A stretch of DNA of 64,000 bases from the NCBI GenBank assembly GCA_965223845.1, contig CBDCXR010000004.1, positions 3,104,001-3,168,000 of the forward strand, written 5' to 3'. Shown in pieces: positions 48,701-56,500 of this stretch. The stretch's first letter is position 1, and every line of letters begins with the position of its first letter. Origin of the DNA: Planctomycetota bacterium. Its GTDB lineage: Bacteria; Planctomycetota; UBA8108; SXIK01. Position numbers and translations under genes: made by a program. The notes beneath the pieces were generated by a model. The model saw only the letters and a program-made list of their open reading frames with translations. It ran no database searches and was not told where the DNA came from.

Positions 48701-50500
48701 GCTCCGATCGACGAGACGAACGTTCTCGCCGCCGTCGGCGAGTGAGCCTTCGTAGGGACCGTAGGCTCCTTGGTACCCGTAGCGGTCGGCGAGAATCTGC
48801 GGATCTTCGGCGACGACGATATAGCCGCCCGCGGGCAGGGTCGTCCCGTCGGCGAAGGTGAGTTCGATCCCCTTCGAAAAGCGAAAGCCGCTGAGGTCGA
48901 TCGCCACCGAGCCGCGATTGTAGAGCTCGAGAAACTCCCCGTTGCGGTCGTCGGGCGGGTGGTAATAGATCTCGTTGATCACGACATCCGTCGTCCGCTC
49001 GACGACGTTCGGCGCCCCGGGTGTCGGTGTGAGGGTCACCCAGCGCGGACGATCGTCCGGATCGAGACGCGCTTCGGAATACTCTCCGATCGCGCCGCCG
49101 AAGGGAGGTGCGCGCTCGAAGATGGTCGCGGCGACGACGACTCCGCTCGGGTTGAAAAGAAAGAGCTTCACCTCGGCAGCCGAGAGGGCGAGCCCCGACG
49201 TCGCCTCCTCGACGACGAAAAACTCCCCCGGGGCGAGCGTCACCGCGGGAAGCACGAACGGATCGGCGCCGGACGACGGCTCCTCGATCCGGAACTCCCC
49301 GAGCGAGACGGCAGCTCGTCCGGTGTTCTCGATCTCGACCCAGCCGTCGCCGTTCGAGCCGCGAAAAAGCTCGCTGAAGAGGATGGAACCCAGGGGCGCA
49401 CTCGGTCCCCCGATCGGCCGCCGCTCGACGACGCGCGGGATCAGGCTGAAGTCGCCGCTCCCGATACTGAAGTTGAACGCGACGATCGCGAGGACGTTTG
49501 TGCCGTCGCGGACGAGTTCGCTGGACAGCGGAAAAAACTCTTCTTCGCCCGCTTCGCGCGAACCCGAAGCCGTCTCGTTCCATGCGACGGCATCCGGGCA
49601 GTTTCTGCGCGCGACCTCGACGCCGTTCAGATACGCGCAAAACCCGTCGTCGTAGTCGACGCCGAGAAAGAGGTCACCGGCTCCGGCTTCCGGAGGAAGG
49701 ACGAAGTCCACCCGGCACGCGATCGACGTGTAGTTCTCCCGCATGTCGTCCAAAACCGTCGCGTCGTCGTCATCGCCGTAGCCGATACCCGTCACCGCCG
49801 GTTCCCAAGCGGCATCGTCGAACTCGGGCTCCGTCCACTCAGTGGGAGGATCCGAGAACGCCGAGTCCCCGCGGCGCAGCCGCCACTCGGCGCCGACGGG
49901 GACGATGTCGACATCCTCGAACTGGATCTCGTCGGGCGGAAGAAAATTGACCGTGCCCGGCGTCCCACCGAGCTCGTCGCTCTGCACCCAGCTCTCCGGC
50001 TCGCTCGTATCGAGATGGACGTTTCGAAGCGCGAGCGTGTGACCCGAGCCGTCGGGACCGGTCGGCCACTTGTCGCGGTCCTTGAAGCGGAGACTTTGAA
50101 CGACGACGCCCGCGTGATTGACGAGCGTCAGCCGATCTCCGCCGGAATCCAGCCGTCCCTCGAAGTTGCCGACCGCGTTTTCGATGTCGTAGCGTTCGAC
50201 GAGCGCATCGACATCAGCACAGACGACGATGTGTGCGCGCGCGTCGAGAATGGTCCCCGGCGGAAAGACGAAACGGATCCCCTCGACGAAGGCGTAGCCG
50301 GAGAGGTCTTGGGGCGTCGACGTGTCGTTCGCGAGCTCGACAAACTCGAGGGAGTCGTTCCCCGGAGCCGGATTGTAGTGGATCTCGGAGACCACGACCG
50401 CGCGGACGGAGGTCGGCGAGACGGCCGAAGCGACGACCAGACCGAACAGAACTCGACCACGAAGCCAACGAGTGAACGACCGACTCCTACCACGTCCCAA
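45761..50500 (-). CDS. Lamin-tail-domain / CotH kinase / IPT protein with C-terminal dockerin-like module
   Basis: TTG start with GGAGGGAG RBS; signal peptide VRA-V; LTDs VSEIHYNP, INEIYYHP; YDDGF.AYLNG beta-sandwich; NPGFE CBM-like segment; CotH GLRYRG, DWD...HNGY, PFDMD; IPT; FIRGDANRDG dockerin. Confidence 0.9.
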   Translation of the reverse strand: MGRGRSRSFTRWLRGRVLFGLVVASAVSPTSVRAVVVSEIHYNPAPGNDSLEFVELANDTSTPQDLSGYAFVEGIRFVFPPGTILDARAHIVVCADVDALVERYDIENAVGNFEGRLDSGGDRLTLVNHAGVVVQSLRFKDRDKWPTGPDGSGHTLALRNVHLDTSEPESWVQSDELGGTPGTVNFLPPDEIQFEDVDIVPVGAEWRLRRGDSAFSDPPTEWTEPEFDDAAWEPAVTGIGYGDDDDATVLDDMRENYTSIACRVDFVLPPEAGAGDLFLGVDYDDGFCAYLNGVEVARRNCPDAVAWNETASGSREAGEEEFFPLSSELVRDGTNVLAIVAFNFSIGSGDFSLIPRVVERRPIGGPSAPLGSILFSELFRGSNGDGWVEIENTGRAAVSLGEFRIEEPSSGADPFVLPAVTLAPGEFFVVEEATSGLALSAAEVKLFLFNPSGVVVAATIFERAPPFGGAIGEYSEARLDPDDRPRWVTLTPTPGAPNVVERTTDVVINEIYYHPPDDRNGEFLELYNRGSVAIDLSGFRFSKGIELTFADGTTLPAGGYIVVAEDPQILADRYGYQGAYGPYEGSLADGGENVRLVDRSGNLVDEVRYFDGGRWSEWADGRGASLELIDPRQDNDVASAWDASDESEKADWEKLEFFVSNYAPTADTELHLFLSERGTCHIDDVSITPDGGGENRIPNPGFESSTTPWVIQGTHVRSRRVTDDSHSGNACLRIDASAKGDSLCNRIETDTRPRLARGAYDVSLWARWIRGSSLLIAHGEFTPGPWPGRPAPAENLSGNTLAARLRLTVPWNLGTPGSENSVTRRLREESGAANLGPVISDVSHAPVSPAAGVPTIVTARVSDADGIESVKVYYRENDRAGTFSESIDLRDDGVRGDGAAGDGVFGGSLPGFDRNRRVVYYVEAVDSSGALRRFPVDAPERVCLFQAAGPETDRLDVYRVILDATSDTELRTRPLHSNDLVDGAFVFDDEEATYNIGLRYRGSPWGRPGRTNFRVRFPDDDRFHRGRKAINLSSRGANAREGVAYFLAGRANGPHAPAPTADYHYIRTHFNGNSLGTHAMIQPVDGDYIEKWYGDEAVDEAIVIKAVGRLAFNDVCARSHWDGASFWHMDEEAENYRGYWTHTIHKSRDRWDEWIELTRVMDRRVTRDAEFDARVGDVLDLDAYLRMLAVRILTSDWDAVFVGNGHNGYCVYDPTDGKWELLPFDMDNSMGNPNAGFFPTGDVHAARLLSRPEPRRVYFRALEQYTDGYWSVDAAGPWMDAVTRSTGVNASSFKGYINTVKSRVESLVRSSATASFRIRSGDGETLVTEERDVEIEGEAPLRVEQIYVEVDGGDTELISPVWSSVTRWSFEFPTTRELHELRFFGFDGYGEFVGELSLTVRSSRVPDPPTLETWSPDSGPAEGGTEVTFVGTGFGENLSIRFGGVEATSIDVRSPELAVAVSPPAPDDLPENGRVDLRLAVEEASVVAFGGFTYERVLFIRGDANRDGGLNIGDPIATLFYLFADGSIVCEDAADTDDDGGIDISDPIRSLNYLFGTGDPPAAPFPHPGADVTPDDLDC

Positions 50501-50757
50501 TGTTTCGGCTCCCTCCGAGATTTCGACGGCCCCGTCCGGTTACCTGCGCGGCGGCGGCCCGCCCCTCACTATCCCTCACGGTCGCGCGCGGAGCGAGTTT
50601 TAAAGTGTATCGAGCGACCCCGGAGAGATAGACTCGGGGCGTTAGGGTCGATCTCGACTTCACGAGGATCGTCGAAGCGCCTCCGCCGTTGCGGGACGTC
50701 TTCGAGGTGTAGGCGCCGACTTTGCGTCGGCGTTTGGAGGGATACAAAGGAGGTGTG

Positions 50758-53439
50758 ATGCGCGCGCTCTACCTGGGTTCTGCCGTTCTGCTTGTCTCGC
50801 TCGCTTTGACGCCGGTCGTCCGAGCCCTCGACGCTCCGGTTTACATCAACTTCGGTGGTCCAGAGGTGGTCGACTCGTTCGGCCGCACGTGGCTCGGTGA
50901 TCAGGGTGCGGGGGCCGACGTGCTCGATATCCGGCCCGACGACGCGGGCGGATTCAATACGATAGAAGGCTGGTGCAATCCGTCGGCTGCGTCCGTCTCC
51001 GCACTCGTCGCGGATTCGTCTCTCGGTGTCAACTTCAACGGTTCGCACCCGGGAGACGTGAACCTCTTCCGCAGCATCCGCTGGGACCTCGGCGGGGAAG
51101 CTCCCGACTACGTGGTCGAGATTCCGATCGCGCCCGGTTCCTATCGCGTCGCCGCGTACTTCTGCGAGAGCTGCTGCCCCAATCGCCACTCGAAGGTCCT
51201 CATTCAGGGTGAAGTCGCGTTTCCGGATGTGAGTGTGGCCTCCTACGCCGGCGGCGCGACCCACACGCCCGGTGTGCACGAGCAGGCGGACGTCATGGTC
51301 GGCGAGGACGGAATCCTCAACCTCACGCTCCTCGGCTGTCTCGATCCGGAGTGTCCCGGAGGTGGCGACGGCAATCCGACGCTCACCGCGCTCGCCGTTG
51401 TCCCGTCGGATTTCGACCCTTGCTCCGATCCGGGCTTCCGCGCTTGCCCCGGTGGACTCGGTTCGTCCGTCGACGGCGACGGCAACGTCTCGCTTTCCTG
51501 GAACGCCCCGGTCTGCATCGCGCCGACGGGCTACGAAGTCAGCCGCGACGGAGAGGTCATCGCGAACATCGCAGGCGATTCGCTGTCCTTCGACGACTCG
51601 ACCGCTAGTCGCCTCACCAACTACTCGATCCAGGCGCAGTTCGACGACGACACCGTCTGCCCGCCGATGGAGATCACCGTCCTCCGCGAGGAAGTGGCGT
51701 TCGACGTCCCCGTTCGCATCAACATGGGTGGTGTACGGACCACCGACAGCCTCGGCCGAGAGTGGCTCGGTGACGGACCCGGCGGCGGCGATCCCCTCGC
51801 GATCCGCCCGAACGACCTCGGCGGAGCGAACACGATCGAGTTCTGGTGTGCGCTCAACACGGCGCTCGAGCCGGACGCCCTGCAGGCTCTCGGCCTCGAC
51901 CCCTACAACTCGAGCGATGTCTACGTCTTCAACACGATCCGCTGGGACAACGGAGGCGATGCCGAGGACTACGCGCTCGAGCTTCCGATTGCCGATGGCG
52001 ACTACATCGTGAACCTCTACTTTAACGAGTGCGGGGGCGGTACGAACCGCCACTTCAAAATTGAAATGGAGGGTGCGAGTGTCGACAACGATGTCAATTC
52101 CGGGAGGTATTCCGCGGTCGCGGCGTCCGGTCGAACGGGGATTCTGTCCTATGACGCGACCGTCGCCGACGGCGCGCTCAGCATCTCGCTCCTCCCCTGT
52201 GGCGAGTGCCTCGGCGCGACCGACACGAATCCGATTCTGAACGCAGTCGAGGTCGTCCCGGCCGGAACGGTGACCCCCGTTTGCGCGCGCCAGCTGAGAG
52301 CGACAGCAAACGAGGCAGGAGACATGGTCGACCTCGCGTGGATGGCGCCGATCGACGCCGGCCAGACCGGTTACGACGTCCTCCGAAACGGCGCGAGCAT
52401 CGGCATGGCCGCCGCCGACGCGACCACGTTCACCGACGACTCGCCGCCGTGTAACCGCACGGTTCTCTACGAGCTCGTTCCGCTCTTCGAGGGGGACTCA
52501 CCGTGTCCGGGCATCGAGCTCCGGGCGGTGGTTACGCTTCCCGATTGTCCCTTCGCAGCGCCGATTCGCGTCAACATGGGTGGACGTACGGCGAGCGATT
52601 CGAGCGGCAATCTCTGGGTCGGAGATCCGGGCGCCGGAGCGGACGTGCTCGGGATGCGACCGAATGACGATGGCGGAACGAATGCGATCGAGAACTGGTC
52701 GGCCGGGATCCTCGACGCCGACTCGTTCACGAAGCTCGGGCTCGATCCGACGCACCCCGGCGACGTTCACGTCTTCACATCGATCCGCTGGGATCCGGCG
52801 AACGACGCGGCGAACTTCATCATGGATCTCCCGCTCGCCGAGCCGGGCACCTACACAGTGAACATGTACTTCAACGAGGCGTGCTGCGTCGGCCGGAACT
52901 TCAAGATTCAGGTCCACGGTGCGATCCTCGACGACAACGTGAGCTACCTCGACTACGACGCCGAGCCGGCGCTCGGGAAGTCGGGTGTCCTCAGCTTCGA
53001 AGGAGTCCTCGCGCTCGACAATATCCTCATCGGACTTCTGCCGTGTCCCGAGTGCCCGCGCCCAGCGGGAGTCGGAGCGGACAACAACGCGATCATCGAT
53101 GCCCTTGAGATCATTCGCACCGGCGACGTCCCCGATGGGACCACCATCCAGATAGCCGGCGATTGCAACCAAGACGGCGGACTCGACATCTCCGATCTCA
53201 TGTGCTCGATTCGCACGCTGTTCCCGGGATTCCTGCTCCTAGGCTCGAGTCCGAGTCCCTGCGGAACGCCCGAGGGTGACGCGGCGCTCCTCGATTTCGA
53301 CGGGAGTGGCGGCTTCAGCACCGTCGACGTCGTCGGGTTCGCGCAGTACCTCTTCGGCGGCGGGCAAGGACCGGCGCTCGGCACCGGTTGCGGGCCCATC
53401 ACCGTTCCGGGCTGTAACGCGAGCGCGAGCTGCCCGTAA
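50758..53439 (+). CDS. Secreted protein with three Cys-rich malectin-like domains alternating with FN3-like modules, plus C-terminal dockerin-like module
   Basis: RBS AAGGAGGTG before ATG 50758; signal peptide VRA-L; repeats IN(F/M)GG...DS.G..W..D...IRWD...G.Y.V..YF.E...R.F.I...N..(L/I).A(L/V)E. Confidence 0.88.
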   Translation: MRALYLGSAVLLVSLALTPVVRALDAPVYINFGGPEVVDSFGRTWLGDQGAGADVLDIRPDDAGGFNTIEGWCNPSAASVSALVADSSLGVNFNGSHPGDVNLFRSIRWDLGGEAPDYVVEIPIAPGSYRVAAYFCESCCPNRHSKVLIQGEVAFPDVSVASYAGGATHTPGVHEQADVMVGEDGILNLTLLGCLDPECPGGGDGNPTLTALAVVPSDFDPCSDPGFRACPGGLGSSVDGDGNVSLSWNAPVCIAPTGYEVSRDGEVIANIAGDSLSFDDSTASRLTNYSIQAQFDDDTVCPPMEITVLREEVAFDVPVRINMGGVRTTDSLGREWLGDGPGGGDPLAIRPNDLGGANTIEFWCALNTALEPDALQALGLDPYNSSDVYVFNTIRWDNGGDAEDYALELPIADGDYIVNLYFNECGGGTNRHFKIEMEGASVDNDVNSGRYSAVAASGRTGILSYDATVADGALSISLLPCGECLGATDTNPILNAVEVVPAGTVTPVCARQLRATANEAGDMVDLAWMAPIDAGQTGYDVLRNGASIGMAAADATTFTDDSPPCNRTVLYELVPLFEGDSPCPGIELRAVVTLPDCPFAAPIRVNMGGRTASDSSGNLWVGDPGAGADVLGMRPNDDGGTNAIENWSAGILDADSFTKLGLDPTHPGDVHVFTSIRWDPANDAANFIMDLPLAEPGTYTVNMYFNEACCVGRNFKIQVHGAILDDNVSYLDYDAEPALGKSGVLSFEGVLALDNILIGLLPCPECPRPAGVGADNNAIIDALEIIRTGDVPDGTTIQIAGDCNQDGGLDISDLMCSIRTLFPGFLLLGSSPSPCGTPEGDAALLDFDGSGGFSTVDVVGFAQYLFGGGQGPALGTGCGPITVPGCNASASCP

Positions 53440-53483
53440 CGCGACTCGTCATTGTTTCGATTTCAACCGATCGTTGGGGAAGG

Positions 53484-53523
53484 GTGGGTCGAGTCCGGGA
53501 CAAGCGTCCCGGGCTCGACCCAC
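53484..53523 (+). other. Intergenic 18-bp stem-loop without U-tract
   Basis: GTGGGTCGAGTCCGGGAC-AAGC-GTCCCGGGCTCGACCCAC (one G-U pair), lying between the two malectin-like genes. Confidence 0.8.
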
Positions 53524-53552
53524 GGTTATCCATCTCAGGAGGGGGTCCCATC

Positions 53553-56500
53553 ATGCGTCCCATTCATCGCGTGGTCTGTTCAGCAGGGTTCGCGCTTCTC
53601 CTCGCCGCGCCGGCTGCGGCACAAGAACTGTTCAATGTGCCGGTGCGCATCAACATGGGAGGTCCGGAACTCACCGACTCGTACGAGCGGGTGTGGTTGT
53701 CCGATCGAGATGACTGCGGGGGCGCACAGAACGTCGATCCGCTGAACATTCGCCCCGACGACCAAGGCGGCGAGAACGCGATCTGCGATTGGGCGATGGG
53801 GAACTTCCAGCCGGATTCCCTCGACAATCTCGGATTCGATTCCTTCGATCCGAACGACGTGTCGATCTTCAACACGATCCGCTGGGACAACGGCGGAAAC
53901 GCGATCGACTTCTTCATGGAGATCCCGATTCCGGCCGGGTTCTACCACGTGAACATGTACTTCACCGAAGGGTGCTGCACGGGGCGGCACTTCAAGATCG
54001 AGCTCCAAGGGGAGATCGTCGACGACGACGTGAGCTACCTCGACTACGACGAGGAAGCTCCGGCTCTCGGGCGAACCGGCGTCCTCGGGTTCAGCGACAT
54101 CGAGGTCGGCGACGACCAGATCCTCCGCATCGGGCTCCTGCCGTGCCCGGAATGTCCGCGCGAGGCCGGAGAGGGTATCGACAACAACGCGATCATCGAC
54201 GCGCTCGAGATCATCTCGGACGCAAACTGTGATCACCTGGGAATGGATTTCAACAGCGAGTTCGACACCGAAACGGGCCGCGTGTTCGGCTCCTGGAACG
54301 GTGTTGCCGGGGCGGAAGCGTACCGAATCCTCCGCAACGGGGATCCTCTGGGCGATGACTTGGCCTCGAACGCGCGCAGCTTCGTGGACGCCAACCCCGG
54401 AGACGCTGGCACCGCCGGCGTCCGCTACACCGTCCAGGCTCTCGATGGCGGAGTGCCGATCAGCGAGTGCTCGAGCTTTGTGAAGACCTTCGCCTGTCCC
54501 TCCGACCTCGTCTGCGAAGTGACGGCGGGAGAGGCCGAGGTCGCGCTCTCCTGGAACCCGGGGGCTGGGCTCGACGTTTCGGGCTTCGAGATCCGCGCGA
54601 ACGGCGAGCTCATCGATACGCTCGGGCCGGACGCGAGCGTGTACGAGCACGAGCCGACGGAGAGAAACATCGCCTACACCGTAACTCCCATCACGGACCC
54701 GCCCGGCGGCTGTTCCGAGATGACCTGCACGGTCTGTGTCGACGGCGCTGCCTTCGAGACTCCGCTGCGCATCAATCTCGGCGGCCCCGAGCTCGTGGAT
54801 TCGCTCGGCCGCGTCTGGCTCTCGGACAATCTCGGTACCCAGGACGAGCTCTGCATTCGTCCCGACGACGGCGGCGGGTTCAACAACATCGTAAATTGGT
54901 GCCCGCAGACTCCCGAGTCCGTCGAGGCCCTCGGATTCGATCCGACCAATCCCAACGACACCTCGATCCTCGGTACGATTCGGTGGGACGTCGGCGGTGA
55001 CGGGGTCGACTGGATGCTCGAGCTTCCGCTCGCGGACGACGGGGAAGACTCGTACACCGTGACGATGTACTTCAACGAGTGCTGCTGTCCGGGACGACAC
55101 TTCCAGATCGCGATCGAGGAGGAGCTCGTCGAGGAGGACGTCGCGGCATCCGATTTTTTCCAGGCGGGTAGCCTCGCGAACGTCGGCGCACGCGTCTACG
55201 AAGACATCATCGTCGACGACGGCGCGCTCACGGTGCATTTCATTCCGTGCCCCGACCCGGACTGCCCGGGAGCGAACGACATCAACGCGATCTGCAGTGC
55301 GATCGAAGTCGTGCCGAGCACATTCGACCCGTGCAGCAATCCCGACTTTACGCAGTGTCCGCAGGGCCTCACCTGTGTCGTCGGTGCGAACGGCGCGGTC
55401 TCCGGCGAATGGGAAGGACCGCTTTGCTTCGACGTGCAGGGTTACGAAGTTCGGCGAGATGGAGACCTGATCGACACGCTCGCAGCGGATGCGACTTCGT
55501 TTACGGACACTCTCGAAGCACGCATTGGAAACTACACCGTCACGCCGCTCGTCGGCGAGGGCGATCGCGCCTGTAGCGCGATGAGCTGCAGCGTCGTCCG
55601 GCCCGAGATCCCGTTCGCCGTGCCGCTCTATATCAACATGGGCGGACCCGCTACGGTCGACAGCCGCGGTCGCCAGTGGCTCGGCGATGAGGGCAACACG
55701 GATCCGCTCGGCATCCGTCCGGATACCGCGGGCGGACCGAACTCGATCGTCAACTGGTGCCCACGGACGGCGGTCTCAGAAAACGACTCGTACGAGTCGC
55801 TCGGGTTCGATCCGAACGCCGAGAGCGATCGTTTGATCCTCAACTCGATCCGATGGGACGTCGGGGACGACGACCAAGACTTCCAGATTGGTAACGATCT
55901 CGACCCCGACGACATCGACTTCCGGCTCGAGATTCCGGTTCCGAACGGGGACTACCTCGTCAGTGCGTACTTCGCCGAGTGCGGCGGCCCCGGCGCCCGT
56001 CACTTCTCCGTTGAGGTCCAAGGCGATCTCGTCGCGGAGGATGTGAGCACGCTCGAATACTCGGACATCGCGCGACCCGGCCGGCTCGGTCGACTCGACT
56101 TCGACGACATCTCCGTGACGGACGGGATTCTTCGCGTCGGATTCCTCCCCTGCCCGGACTGCGTCGACGCGATCGATTTCAATCCGATTGTGAACGCCCT
56201 CGCGATTCAGGCGGCCGGTTCGGCGGAGCCCATTTGCGCGCGCGATCTCATTTGCGAAGTCGACGGCGGCTCGGTCACGGGCTCGTGGGTTCCGGGTATC
56301 GGTGTCGAGGTGACCGGATACGAAGTGCTTCGAAACGGTCAGCTCATCGATACGCTCGGTGCGGACGCGACTTCGTTCGACGACGACGTGCCTTGTTCGC
56401 GTGTCACGACGTACGAAGTCCGTCCGATGACGGACGGCGATTCTCCCTGCCCGAACCTGGCGATGCGCTGCACGATCACGGATCTGACCTGTCCGTTCGA

